Counted from the stretch's first letter, positions 1 through 15,007 are shown. The stretch is DNA of 64,000 nt from Octopus vulgaris (GCA_951406725.2 OX597815.1:109120001-109184000); one strand, 5' to 3'. Program-made: numbers and translations. Notes: a model not told the origin generated them from the sequence alone.

Positions 1-414
1 GTTGATACCTATTATCTTGTTTTTAGCATTGAGCTCTGTGTTTAGTATTGATCTAACTCGTCTATAATATTCTTTTTTTATTTTCTCTTTCATTTGTGTG
101 TTGTGTCTTATCTAGTTCATGGATTCTTAAGTATTTGTAAGTTTGGCTTTGGTCTAATTCTTTTATGTCATTGGTTTTATCTAGTGTGATGTTGTTACTC
201 TTAACTAGTTTTCCTCTTTTCATGGTTACTTTGGCGCATTTTTCTAATCCAAATTTCATATCTATTTCTTTGGTAAATCCATGAACTGTCTTTAATAGTG
301 TTTCCAGCTGTTTGTCATTTGCAGCGTATAGTTTTAGGTCATCCATATATAAAAGGTGGCTGATCGTTTTGCCGTAACATTTATATCCGCATCCAGTTCT
401 ATTTAGCATATCAG

Positions 415-416
<2 letters not shown>
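1..416 (-). mobile_element. 5'-truncated R4/Dong-type RLE non-LTR retrotransposon (RT fragment), runs off the window start
   Basis: Near-identical to 1799-2216; ORF 62-409 has HLLYMDDLKLYA; abuts (ATT)n at 417. Confidence 0.9.

Positions 417-489
<73 letters not shown>
417..489. repeat. (ATT/TAA)n microsatellite between two Dong copies
   Basis: Direct reading. Confidence 0.98.
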
Positions 490-492
<3 letters not shown>

Positions 493-3400
493 TAGTTTTA
501 TTTTATATAGCGTGCTTTCACTTCACTACCGAGCGCATCTCTGTGTGCCTTGGGTATTTGTTGTGATTTGTTGTGATGCTCTGATGGTTATTGTATGGAA
601 AGTGTGTTCTGCGTAGGATGTGTGCAGTGCCTAGTAGTGCAATTTTCTGTATGTTATATGTGTTTGTAAGTCCTGGTGTTTTTGTTATGTATTTGTCTGA
701 ATATTTTTTTATCATGCCTAATGCACCTACTATGATAGGAATTGTTTCTGTCTTTAGATTCCACATTCTGGTTACCTCAATTTCCAGGTCTTTGTATTTT
801 GAGAGTTTCTCCATTTCTTTTAGAGACACGTTGTCATCTGCCGGTATTGATACATCATTTAGAAAGCATTTTTTTCTTCATGATCTCTGACAACTATATC
901 TGGTCTGTTGGCCTTAATTTCTCTATCTGTGTGTATCGGCATATCCCAGAGTATGGTTGCTTTCTCGTTTTCTGTGACCTTTTCTGGTGTGTGCCTATAC
1001 CATCTTTTTTCTGTTGTTATTCCATAATGTTGACATAGCTTCCAGTGTATGTAGGTTCTAACTCTGTCATGTCTGTGAATATATTCCTTCTTAGCCAGGA
1101 CTGGGCAGCCAGAGATAATATGATTTATTGTTTCTTGTCCATCTCCACATATTCTGCAGTTACTTGTAATATTTCTTTTCATTACATGTTTTTGGTAATT
1201 TCTGGTGGGGAGGCTTTGGTCTTGTGCTGCAATTTAAAAATCCCTCTGTTTCTGCTTTGAGTCCTGAGCTTCTCAACCATTGCTGGGATTTTTCTTTGTC
1301 TATTTCTTTTGCGTTTAGTTTAGTCCAGTATTTACCATGAAGGGGCTTTTCTTGCCATCGTTTTATCATGGTTCGTTGCTGTTCTATTTTTAGTTTGGAT
1401 TTCATTTGTTTTATAGCTTTTGTTGTTTCTTCATCTTCTTCTTCTTCTTTATATTTGTTAGGTGGTATGATTTCTCGTTTGTATTTGTCAGCTTCCTTAA
1501 ATACTGAGAACAGTGTTTTGTTTTGCTCGTGTTTTGCCGCTATCTGGATCAGTTTTCCTTCCTTCTGAAGTAGATATTTTTGCAGTCCTATGGTGGTTAT
1601 TTTATAGTAGTTTTCCAGCTGTATAAGGCCTCTACCACCTTCTATACGTTATATATATAGTCTTTCTATGTCAAATTTTGGGTGATGCATCCTAGATCCT
1701 GTCATTATTTTTCTTGTTTTCCTATCTATTTTGGTCAGTTCATTTAGTGTCCAGTTAAGGATATTGTAGCTGTAACTTATAACTGGGACAGCTAAAGTGT
1801 TGATACCTATTATCTTGTTTTTAGCATTGAGCTCTGTTTTTAGTATTGATCTAACTCGTCTATAATATTCTTTTTTTATTTTCTCTTTCATTTGTGTGTG
1901 TTGTGTCTTATCTAGTTCATGGATTCCTAAGTATTTGTAAGTTTGGCTTTGGTCTAATTCTTTTATTTCATTGGTTTTATCTGGTGTGATGTTGCTACTC
2001 TTAACTAGTTTTCCTGTTTTCATGGTTACTTTGGCGCATTTTTCTAATCCAAATTTCATATCTATTTCTTTGGTAAATCCATGAACTGTCTTTAATAGTG
2101 TTTCCAGCTGTTTGTCATTTGCAGCGTATAGTTTTAGGTCATCCATATATAAAAGGTGGCTGATCGTTTTGCCGTAACATTTATATCCGCATCCAGTTCT
2201 ATTTAGCATATCAGATAGAGGTGACAGTGCCAAGCATAAAAGAAGTGAAGAGAGCTTGTCTCCCTGGAATATTCCTCTTCTAATGGGGATGGCTTTGGTT
2301 TTCATGAGTCCCTCTTTCGTTTGGAGCTGTAGCACAGTTTGCCATTTATTCATAGAGTGCCCAATGAATTTTATAATTGTTGGTGCTACTTTGTTAATGG
2401 CTAGTGTTTCGCGGATCCATGTGTGGGGGATGCTATCAAACGCCTTTTTGTAATCAATCCAGGCCATACTGAGGCCTTTCTTCTTTCTGTGGCTGTCTTC
2501 AGTTGTGGCTTTATTGATCATTAGTTGATCTTTACAGCCGTATGAGCCTTTGCGGCATCCTTTCTGCTCTTCTGGAAACAGGTTGTTTTCGTCCAGGTGC
2601 TTGTTCAACCTTTGCGATATCACTGCAGTAAATGCCTTGTATATATCGTAGGGAGACAGGTTATTGGTCTGTAGTTTTCTGGTTTTTCTGTCTCATTTGA
2701 TTTGGGAATTAAGATGGTTTTCCCCTTCGTGAGTCATTCAGGCATTGTCTCTGGCTCTGCTAGTACGTTGTTAAAATTTTCAGCCAGCTTTTTGTGCATT
2801 CCTGTTAGATATTTCAACCAGAAGTTGAAATATCTAACAGGATCTTGTCATGCCCAGGTGCCTTCCAGTTGCTTAGTCTTTGCAGTGCCTGGGTGACCTC
2901 TTCAGTTGTTATGGGGGTCCAAAGTTGCTCAGATGCTGAGTTTGTAGTTTTCATACTCCTTTTGCTTTGGTTGTTCGTTCGCCGACCATATTTCTCTCCA
3001 GAATTCTTCCACTTCTTCTGTCGTTGGTGCTGCAGTGATTTCTATTTTATTTTTGCCAAGTTCTTGGTAGAACTTTTGGGGGTTGGAGTTGAACTTTTTG
3101 TTTTGTTCAAAGAAGCGCTGGCGTTTCTCGTAGCGGCGGATCCTTTGTGCTTTGGCAAGGATATCTTGCTTTAGCTTTTCTTTTATCTCAGGTAAATCTT
3201 TTTGTGTGATGTTGTATTTGCGGAGTATTTTTGTTTTCTTTTTGTTGCTCAGTAGCGTTGATTGTCTACTGATTTCATTAAGAATCTACAGATCTTTTCT
3301 TATTTTTTGTATTTTGTTTTGGATGTTATTTATCCACAGGGTTTGTTTGGGTGGTGGTACTCCTGTTTGGACGGGTTTGAGTGAGTATCCAGCTTCTTTT

Positions 3401-4292
3401 GTGGCTGCAGTGGCTGCTGCGTATACTAAGTTATTTAGCACAGTGATATCGCTTTTTGTTTCAGTGGCTATTAGTTGCGTGACGGCTAGGTTAATGCTGT
3501 TTATAATTGGTGTTGTTGTTTCGTCTATTTTGATCTTTGGGAGGTATGGTCGGTGGTCCATTTTGAGCTCTGTGGTTTTCAGTTCTTTGATTATTTTACT
3601 TTTTATATTATCATATTCATTAGGCTCCCCTTCATTGTTTCCAGGTTTTAGATTTGTGTCGTTTTCTTTCTTATTTGTATGTTTGTTTGTCGTGTTGGGA
3701 GTGTTACATTCGTCTTCGTGTTTTACTGTTTCAGTGTTTATATTATTGGGCATTGTCGTGTGGCTTCTATCTACATTTTCCTGATGTATTTTTTCTATTA
3801 GATGTTCTATTTCTATTTCTGATATTTTTTTTGCGTTGAGAATGTATCTTCGTACGTTAGCTAGTTTGTTAGGTTTCATTGCTGTATCCAAGTCTATATT
3901 TATGTTGTTTTCTTCCATATTTTATATGTATGTGTTGTTGTATTTTCATTCTTTGGGTAGAGCACTGCTGTAAAATAAGCATGTAGGATAGAAATGTATT
4001 CCTCACGTGTCCATTTATGTATTTTGGGTTTTATTTGCGGGACATGAGGAGCAACGTCCGGCCCATTATTTTGACGGTCGTCATTTTCGTAGGGTACCGG
4101 TCCGTTCATTTCTGTTGTCACATTGTTTTGCACTTGTAGTTTTTCGTGCATTTTATGTTGTAAGTTTAATGTACGTACTTCCCGATTGCTATTATTGGGT
4201 TGAATAATATCGGTGTTATTTGATTTCTTCGTAGTTTTTTTTGTACATGGTATTTGGGGTCGGAGATGATCTGGTGTTGATGGGTCGTAATG
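490..4292 (-). mobile_element. Near-full-length R4/Dong-clade RLE LINE, single ORF broken by frameshifts
   Basis: N-terminal KWTREEY motif; RT (IDYKKAFDSI, GIFQGD, YMDD; 1649-2623); CCHC CRICGDGQETINHIISGC; RLE motif RPDIVV and KYKDLEIE; (TAA)n on both sides. Confidence 0.92.
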
Positions 4293-4452
<160 letters not shown>

Positions 4453-6890
4453 TTAGCAAATCTATCCATCTACGATGGAAACATAAAATGTGGGAGGGAA
4501 ATCATAACAGCAATATGTACTGAAAAATATATAAATGGATTTTAATGATTGCAAAACGTCTTTGTAGACATTATTTTGTGTGTGGTCGACACTAATTTTC
4601 AAGATAGTCTACTCATAGCGACTTATAACTGGCCGTGTATAAACATTGCAGTGGGTAAAAATACACCTACACGGTCTAAAGTCTGGCCCTGTGCCTTGTT
4701 TGCTGGGAATGAGAATGCCAGTTACATAGGAAACTGCCCGCGTCTTACTTGGAACGAAAACTGGTTATCGGTTAGTATAAGGAGGTATCGCGGAATGAAC
4801 AGGCGTTTACCATTATGGGGGCCAGTTGCAATCACTGCTTCGATAACATTGGAATTTAGTTCTTCTACCTTGCATCTCGTTCCATTGCAATGTCCGTTGG
4901 CTGGATCAAGATTCCTAAGGAACATTATCGGACAGTTTTTTTCAATTGGATTTTATGGGGTGGCAATTCCGATGGATTTAAGTTGTTCAAGAAATCCCGT
5001 GGGTACTGGTGGTAAGTTTCGTCATCTGTTGTATCCGAACACGTTAGCACACCGGGCGAAATGCGTAGCCGTATTTCGTCTGCCGTTACACTCTGAGTTC
5101 AAATTCCACCGAGGTCGACTTTGCCTTTCATCCTTTCGGGGTCGATAAATTAAGTACCAGTTTCGCACTGGGGTCGATGTAATCGACTTAATTCCTTTGT
5201 CTGTCCTTGTTTGTCCCCTCTATGTTTAGCCCCTTGTGGGTAGTAAACAAATATATCTGTTGTATCCGAACTATAGTACTCTCGACTTTCCCCAGGGAAG
5301 CTGCAAATAATCTGCTCATTCACAGTTTACCACTTCATTGGTTGAGGCGATGACAGCTCGCGAATACAGCCATGATACGATTTTGTAGTTTTCACTTAAA
5401 TCATTAAAGACGAATTTGCATTCAAGCCGAATTTGAAACACATTCCTCAGTGGGTCGGAGAACGAACATTGTCCGGAACCGATGTCGCTTTAAAAAGGTT
5501 GCAAAAGTTGCATCTAAATAATTTCGTACCCTCATGTTTTTCTTTAGACTACACTCTGTCAAAGAACTCCAGATGTACGATGTTTTCAAAGTGGCTTGCA
5601 CTATTTGGGCTCGACTACCACGTTTAACAAAATGTAGAATCTGCTTCCTCTCGCCTACAAAAAGAACAAATACTCCTCCAAACAGAGATTCGTTGGCTCT
5701 GATCTCGCATAGAGAACGATCCAAGTATTCGTAGATGAGCTTGTCGCCTTGACTGGTCATTCTGAAGAGTTGTGCAGTTGCATTCTGAGATGCAGCAGGA
5801 CTCCGGTGTTATGTTTATGGGCACTATGAACCGAGAATGAAATGTCCGGTCATTGGGCAGCAATGTTGCCGCAATCCTAAGAGATGTGGCGAGTACGATT
5901 TTTTTCTCCGAACGTATAAAATCTATGATGGCATTGATAAGATATGTTTTTCCAGTTCCACCATTCGTGCTCAAAGCGAAAACCTTGTTTTCCTGTTGTA
6001 AAACTGAGTTCACAACCATATCAAAGTTGTGCTTCTGGTCAGTATTGTAGACGTCAATAGACACTATTCGAAGACACTCTGTGTCATCGTTACATTTTTC
6101 TGCGATAATCTTTGGCATCGTTATATTCTGGTTGAGGCAGCAGGAAATCTCGAACCAGGTAAAGTTTATCTCTTTGCAGTTGCTCCTGCAGACGAATCTA
6201 TATTTCATTTCCAATGCGAGGGGTAAGATCTTTAATATTGTTTCTTTGCATGAGATCTCGTCCTAGTTCAGTTTTCCACTCTTCCCGAAAGTTCATCGGA
6301 TAAGGTGGCCGGCAGTAAATAAACATGATGGCGAAGAAGTCGCGTAGTGAATCTCCGAAGCGAATACTAGCTACTTCCTCCATTGCACGGTGTATTTTTT
6401 GGTCGTCCGATATCAGACCAGTTTTTATGCAGGCCTCCTGAAATGTTGAAGATACATTTCCCTCCACGATCTTCAGTTCAGCAAAGCTGGTCGCACCTTA
6501 TATAGTGAAAGAGTATCCGAAGGTGAAATAGTTCTGACTGGTGAGCACTATATGATACGATTGGGATTCGTTCGATATTACCAGTTTTGACGTGACGATT
6601 ATCATCTGTTGTACCTCGTTTTCGTTTTTGCTTCGACTTGGTTTTATTGTTCCAGGTATAATATTTAGGAAATTCTTGGTATAAAATCTGTCGCCCCTTT
6701 TCGTCGTTATCCATTTTCTTCATTTATCTCTTTTGCTATTTTATAATTCCCACTCAATACCGGAGCGATGCTATCAGCGCAACACCAACCTCAGTCTTCG
6801 GAAATACTCCATCCTCATTTCCTCTTTCATTTCCTTATCCATTATATCGTTAAATTATTTGCTCTTTCATTTCCTTTTTAAACTAGTTGG
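4453..6890 (-). mobile_element. Decayed Helitron: Pif1-like helicase remnants and 3' terminus
   Basis: GGTGKTYLIN Walker A (5624-6214), LFGGVFVLFVG (5422-5760), LRNLDPANGHCNGTR (4722-4925), YQEFPKYYTWN; minus-strand 3' end hairpin TCCATC-GTA-GATGGA (4465-4479) followed by CTAA (CTRR) at 4453-4456. Confidence 0.85.
5041..5254 (+). mobile_element. tRNA-derived SINE (Deu/Nin-like central domain), slightly 5'-truncated, 17-bp TSD
   Basis: B-box GAGTTCAAATTCC; GCCTTTCATCCTTTCGGGGTCGATAAATTAAGTACC core; TSD ATCTGTTGTATCCGAAC at 5024-5040 and 5255-5271. Confidence 0.9.
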
Positions 6891-6918
6891 TCTTTATATT
6901 ATTATTATTATTATTATT

Positions 6919-7574
<656 letters not shown>

Positions 7575-7596
7575 GTGTTTGGCTTCTGCTTTGTAT

Positions 7597-10500
7597 TTAG
7601 TTAGTTAGTTAGTTAGTTGTTAATTTTTTGGCTCAAAAAGCAAAAAGCAAGGCCATGTAGGGGGACATGGAGTTATGTACAGGGTGGTGTTCATGTAAAG
7701 AGTTCAGGCCACTTGAGGTCAAGGGAGACTGAACAAAGCGGTCGTCGGCATCTTCACCATCTCGTCTGGCAGCTTGTTCCACGGACGGAGAAAGCCCCTC
7801 TCCTTCGATTGAGATGAAATCATCGCAGATAGAGTTTTTCGGAATGACCCCGCAGCCGACGCTCTGGAGCAGGAGTGAAGAACAGCTCTTTCGAGAGGTT
7901 ACACTTTCCGCTTATGATGTTGTGAGCGAGAATGAGATTACCACGGCGGTGGCGTTTTTCTAGAGAATAAAGGTCGAGCGTCTTCAGCCTTTCTTCATAA
8001 GACAAATTCTTGAGACCATGAACCATGCGGGTAGCCAGCTTCTGGACTCTTTCGAGATGCTGTATGTCTTTGAGGACATAAGGAGAAGAGGCTTGAATCC
8101 CGTACTCCAATATGGGTCTCACCAGCGTGACATAGAGCGGTAGGAATATGGCTGCTGTGAGCATTCCGAATGACCGTCGAATCACGAACAGAATTCCGCG
8201 TGCTTTGTTGGCAGCATGGACGCACTGGGCCGAGGACGAAAAGGAGGAATCCACCAAGATACCCAGGTCCTTTACCTGATCGGTCCTCTCCAGCAGCAGA
8301 CGACCCGGCTCGAAATCAAGTTGAGTTGCTGGAGGAGAGCCAACAGTCAGATGACAGCACTTTGACAAGTTCAGACACAGGTCCCATTCGTTAGACCACC
8401 TCCAAATTTGGTGGAGGCATCGACGAAGATCCTCTATATCACCGCAAGGAGCGACCAGTTTGACATCGTCGGCAAATAGAAGGGTGTGTTGCGTGAGGTC
8501 GTCGGGCAAGTCATTTATGAAGACTAAGAACAATAAGGGCCCAAGCACTGAACCTTGAGGCACGCCACTGCTCGCACTGGAGACGTCGGACCGCGAACCA
8601 TTAACTTGGACTTGGAAGGAGCGATCTGAGAGGAAGGCACCAACCCACCGTACAATATCCGGATGGAAACTATATGCTTAAAGCTTGACAAGTAATAGGC
8701 GGTGGTTTACCGAGTCAAAAGCTTTGGCAAAGTCCAATAAAACGATGTCAACAGCATCACTATCATCGAGGATGCGCGTCACCAATTCTTCCATTACCAG
8801 TAAGTTGGTCAAGTATGATCTCTTCGGCACGAAGCCGTGTTGGAGATCAGAGATAGAGGCTGTGTTTTGGAGGTGGAGCATCATACTTTTCTTAAGGATG
8901 GTTTCGAACATCTTGCTGATTATTGATGTAAGGGAAACCGGTCGGTAGTTAAGCGGGTCTTCGCGGCACCCTTTCTTGAAAATTGGGCAGATTATCGCTG
9001 TTCTCCAGTCCGCAGGTATAACACCCGTCGCCAATGACATATTGAATAGAGGTGTTAAGGGCTCGCAGATGACCGGAGCCAACGCTTTGATAACCCGTGG
9101 GTGTATACCGTCAGAGCCGTGACCCTTGTTGACATCGAGGCCTTGAATAACGCGTTTGACTTCGTCTCGCGTGATGACCAATCGAAGCATTGGAGGTACC
9201 GATCTATCAAATGGAGGGGGTTCACGACCATCATCTTGTTTGAAAATAGTTGAAAAAGCCTCGGCAAATAATTGACTCTGTTGATAAGGGTCCTCAATCG
9301 ATACGCCTGTTGAGTCTACCAACGTTGCAATTTGGTTGTTCAAGCGGGAATTCCGTTGGACATGGGCAAAGAAGGTTTTTGGATTGCTACTGGCGTTTGC
9401 CGCGATTTTGTATTCATATCTGAAGCGTTCTTCCTTTTCAATTTTCACGGCTCGTTCTCGTTGAGTTTTGTACACCTCAAAAGCTGCAGTCGAATCCAGA
9501 TTTTTGAATTTAGCCCAAGCAATATCTCTGAGTCGAAGTTCTCGTTTAACCTTCTTCGTCACCCAGGGCTTGTGTTTCTTCTTCTTGGGAAGCCCAACGG
9601 GAACTGCCTGGTCAGTCAACCAGATTACATATGCTTTGAGGGACGACCATAGTTCGTCAACTGAGGTCAACGTCATCAGGGATCGCCAGTCCAGAAGCGC
9701 GGAAGCCTCGGTTAGAATTTCAAGATTAATTGCAGAGAAGACTCTACGTGGCAGCGAAGTAGTCGTGGGCGTAGAAAAAGTTGTGTGCATGACGAACTTC
9801 AAGACCGCATGATCACTCTTGGCAAGAGGGGCGCACACAGATACGTCTGACACTGATCTTGGCTAGCGGGAGAATACCAGATCCAGCATAGATGGCTGCT
9901 GCTCAGACCGATGCCTTGTCGGATAACCAACATGTTGCGATAGAAAACAATCTTCAGCCACGTCAAGAAGGGCCTGGCCGAACCGGGAAGATGATGTACA
10001 AATTGATGCGGGCCAATCGATTGTGGGAGCGTTGAAGTCTCCTAATATCAAACAGTCATGAGAAGCTGAAACGAATCTTATCGCTTCGAGTAAATGAGCA
10101 TCGTCCTGGGGGTCGGCAAGAGGCGGCCTGTAGACAGCTAACACGGGCAGGCAAAACCCGGATAGGCTCAGCTTGCAATAGACGGCATCGAATTTTGTTG
10201 TAGGTTGAGCATTAGTGGGTAGAATACCGCTGGACGGTTTGAGATCAGATTTAACATACACAGCAACACCTCCACCTCGCCTTTTTTCACTGTCACATCT
10301 GAAGAGGGCGTAGACATGTAGGTGGATTTCTGAGTCCTTTACTGCTGGAGTCAGCCAAGTCTCGGTGATAGCTATCACATCAGGGGAGTCACGCATGGTC
10401 AGTGTAAATAGTTCGCTGAACTTTGGAAATAAGGTGCACGAGTTGGTATAGACGATACTGAGCTGTGAAGTTTGAGGGGCGGGAGTTGGGGAACAAGCAG

Positions 10501-11940
10501 AATAAGGGGTATCAGAGATAGCATCATTGACGGGGGTATCTACTTTACTTCGATTCGCCCTCAATTCACTTTCCCTGTTAGCACTACAGCATGCGACCAG
10601 AAGTACGACTTGATTATTTGTCCATCTTGGATGCGTAAACCCTTCTCTCCCATCTGTTTTCTTATCTTCAGTTCGGATATTAGGTTTCTCCGGCGAATTC
10701 TCTCTCTTAGTGAATATTCCTCGCGAAAACCCATATTGGGGTCCTCCCAGGCATGCGTCTAAGCTCTGTTCAGAAGGTTGAAGCCTCCTGATCGGAAGAA
10801 AAGATTACTCTTATTGGGCGTGGTGTAGTGTCTGAGGTTGAGTTCGCTTGGAATCTTCCTAGCAGAGCGACCTTATGGATACTGACATTTTCGTTGACAG
10901 AGAATAATTCTCCAACTAAAACGGAAACAAAATTTATGTCTTCTTTTAGGCGGTTTATGCCTGTATCACAGGTGGATTCAGCTTTACCATAAATGATTGC
11001 TGATCTTGAGTGGGCAAAATGGTCTTTCTGTTCTCTACTATGAGCTGCGGCATTCGATTCTTCGTTGGATGATTTCGAAAGGGTGGTTTCATAGCCATCA
11101 GACTTATGTCGGCCTGTGGGGTCGATCGGAATGGGTTTAGTGGTCATAACTTTCCCGCCTGGTTTGGAACTGCACTGCCTCTTCTTCAGTTTGGGGGAGC
11201 ACCACTCCCCAGATGAACTCACATCGAGATCGTTCAGAATTGGTTGAGAAATGGCATTAATGGAAGGACAAGTGAGGGAGAATCCAAACAGATTTTATCG
11301 TGATCAGGTTTCATAGCTAAATCTGCCCCACTGGAGTTTTGACTACGTTTCTTCTTTTGGGGAGAACAACGGTCTTCAGGTGGGTTTGAGTCTACGCTCC
11401 TCAAATTAGGTTGGAGAACCTCCGGGACCGAAAAGGCAGATGAGGAAGAATCCGCACAGGAACGATCATGTGCGGAAACGACCGCCGGTTCCTTCGCCTT
11501 CTTTGGCCGCTTCGATTTTGTTCCCTTCGGTTTGGACGTCTCCAGGGAAGAAATCAAGGGTGGCTCTGCGTCAATAGGAGACTGTTTATTCAGTAAATGA
11601 GAAACAACAGACTTTAGGTGCTCGACCTCTTGTTTGAGCAACAGCAACTGCTCGTTGAGATGACCGTTGGTATGACCATCATCCTGATGAGAAGCCCTTC
11701 TCGCAGATCTCAGTTTCGATCTGTAGGTAGCTGACATGATAGATGGTTGACCAAAAACAATCTTCTATGGGCTCTAGGACAAATCTGAGTTAAATCAGGA
11801 ACAAAAACAGCTGCAATCCTTGTAGGAGTAGGCAACAGCAGACAAAATCTGAGAGAGTTTGGGCTGAACCAAATCACAATCCAAGATTGAAAGCAGACGG
11901 TGAAACGAGTCGGGAACCCTTCCTAGTTGTCTGAAGCAGC
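7597..11940 (-). mobile_element. Near-full-length CR1-clade LINE: ORF1, APE endonuclease, RT; (TAAC)n tail
   Basis: ORF1 pieces 11234-11737 and 10770-11222 (RPIRVIF); APE 9863-10564 (IAITETWL, GDFNAP, LDLVF, SDH); RT 8678-9853 and 7820-8563 (LDFAKAFDSV, PQGSVLGP, FADD); (TTAG)n at 7597-7618. Confidence 0.92.
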
Positions 11941-12404
11941 TTTAGGATAAGGAATAGTAGGTCCAACTTTAGAATATTGATATGCATGTAAAATGTTCCA
12001 CACGGTTAAATATCATTTGACGTGCCATTTAGTACTTCAATATTTGCGTCTGCGTATATTTGTATATGTGTGAATAATGTGTTTATGTGCGAGAAGGCAC
12101 ATGTTTTTGTCTATCGTTAATTTAAATCAATTTTTTTCTTTTTTTTTCTCACGTTTTTCCCTTTTAAAGTATTTCTTTTCAAAGTAATTTATACGCTGGA
12201 GGGAGGGCTGAGGGTTTGTTTTTACTGTAAATTCTCTTTTCTCCCAATACAGAGAAAGAAAGGGATTTTTCATTGGTGCCACCGGTATAATTCAGACACG
12301 GGGAAAAACATCTCGGTGTCATCGTCAACTTGTATGTTTCTAATTGTAGCAGTAGTAGTAGCAGCAGTAAATTCTGATAGCAGCAGTAGTAATAGCTGTA
12401 TTTG

Positions 12405-13060
12405 TACAAGTTGACTCCAGGTCTCACCCAGAGAGATCAAGAGACAACAAATTAGATGTTCAAGTTGGTGTTATGACTAGAGTGATATAGTTTCAGTTTT
12501 TCACAGAGTATTGTTCTAGCGAATATCTGAGAAAACAAAAAAAATTAGAAGTTTGTTTTAAAAGCAATTTGTTTCTAAGATAATTGTGTGCTGTTCAGAT
12601 GACAGTAGAAGGTATTTGCTATTGTGTATTTTGACACTGTTTACAAGTTAAAATGTTTTGGGCATTGCACAGATAATTTTGCTTTTTCTTTATTTTAGAA
12701 ATTGAGCAGTTCCCATGAGAACTATTTTCTGAATTTCTTCCATTTTCGGACATTTGGTATCTAGGATAGGTAGTAATCAGTTTGTTTTGCTATACTTCCT
12801 AAGGCAGCTATGACAACAAATATTGTTTTAGTCTTGAAGTTCCACATTTTGCCAATTTCTACTTCAAGATCTGTATACATGCTCAGTTTTTGGTAGGTCT
12901 TGGTATACAACTATGTCGATTGGGACTGTCATTTCAATGGGGAAGCATGATTTTTGTCTGAAATCCTTCAGGGCCTATTTGCATCTGTTTTTCTGTCAGT
13001 TTGAACAGTAAAGGTTCAAAGGAGTGAGATGTAATCATTTTCAAACAATGGAGGTAGTTC
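12405..13060 (-). mobile_element. Old R4/Dong-type LINE 3' fragment (RLE endonuclease C-terminus)
   Basis: Minus strand reads ~KLSMYTDLEVEIGKMWNFKTKTIFVVIAALG, homologous to ORF 518-829; ends next to a (TAG/CAG)n tract. Confidence 0.7.
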
Positions 13061-13079
13061 GTGGAAAATGTAAAATCAG

Positions 13080-14407
13080 ACCCTAAATCCTTCTTCTGAA
13101 CAATTCAGAAGTGTCTTCACCTTACCCTTACGGCACATGCAAACTAGCAAATCTGTAGAAATCTTTACCACTACAGAAGCAGGACGAGAGGCAGAAAAGT
13201 ATGACTACATCAATATCAAAGAATGTAAGACGGAAAATCAGGCTACTGACTCCGATGAATTCCCAGCAATCCGTCTCAAGCTGGAGGATGGCTACATGAC
13301 TTTCTAAAAGATGGAAGACTGGTTGTAGTATCCAACGGGGCTGCCTTATAGGAAACACAAATAATGAGCCGTGTTCCACAGGGCAGTGTCTTGGGGCCGC
13401 TGCTATCAATAGTGGTACTCTCAGGCATACTCTCAACTGCTTAAGTAGCCACCCTTGCTAGCTATGCAGCTGATACAAAAGTCTCTCAGAAGATACAGAA
13501 CCCTGGAGGCATTATGCATCAGCAATGGGAGTTGAACGCAATATACAGGTGGGTAGAGGAAAATTACATGCAGCTTAATGCTGGAAAATTCCAAGCCCTG
13601 CGCTACCAAAACACGAAGCTCAAAGAAAAGTAGACAGGATACAGTGGCCCAGGAGGATTGAAGACCTGAATCAAAATCAGTGTGTGACCTGGGCATCGAC
13701 ATGAGAAATGGTGCATCTTTCCAGGTGCATGTAACTAAGTAGGTAATAAAATGCGGACAGTTGTTTGAATGGACTCTTCAAACTTTCAGAACGAGAGAAC
13801 AGAAACCATGATGGTCCTCAGGAGCATTTTCCTCCTCAGCCATCTAGATTACTGCTCCGAACTGCGATCATCAAACAGTGTTAAAGTAACGACGATCAAG
13901 GGAAGCTACACAAAGACGATCATCTCAATGGGACATGTCAACTACTGGGAGAGACTGAAAAAGTTAAGACACAACTCCCTAGAACGAAGGTGGGAAAGAT
14001 ACGCCGTAATGTACTTCTGGAAAATCGTAGAGAAACTTATACCAAACTTTAGCATTGCCAGTTGTACAAACAGCAGGACGGGTTGCTAATGCATAGTACC
14101 ACAACTTCCAACGTTGCCATCAGGATACAGGACCAGATACTGCAATAGCTTGGGCTTCACGGACCCAGAATTGTTCAATATTCTCCCACAAAGCCTGACA
14201 TACCAACATGGCGTTTTCTAAACAAAACTGAGTCACCTTCTGTCATGAGTTCCGAATGAGTCTGCCTCAAGGATAGAAACACAGATGGGAACAGCAATGT
14301 TAAAGTCACTCATTCACCAAATGCCACACATACGACGAGGTTTATTGAAAGAGTAGCAAAGTAAACGGTGGTGTCCCAGCATTGTTGCACCCCTCGGGCT
14401 GGAACTA

Positions 14408-14410
<3 letters not shown>
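13080..14410 (+). mobile_element. Decayed CR1/L2-group LINE 3' part, same family as 24331-25815
   Basis: ASYAADTKVSQ; LSHLDYCS...NYWERLKKLRHNSLERRWERY (13769-14089); 3' end GGTGTCCCAGCAT..GCTGGAACTA. Confidence 0.8.

Positions 14411-15007
<597 letters not shown>

Noticed and set aside
4549-6723. Host PIF1 helicase gene
   Set aside because: Intronless, multiply frameshifted, SINE-interrupted and followed by a Helitron 3' end; same reasoning for 60.8-62.1 kb.
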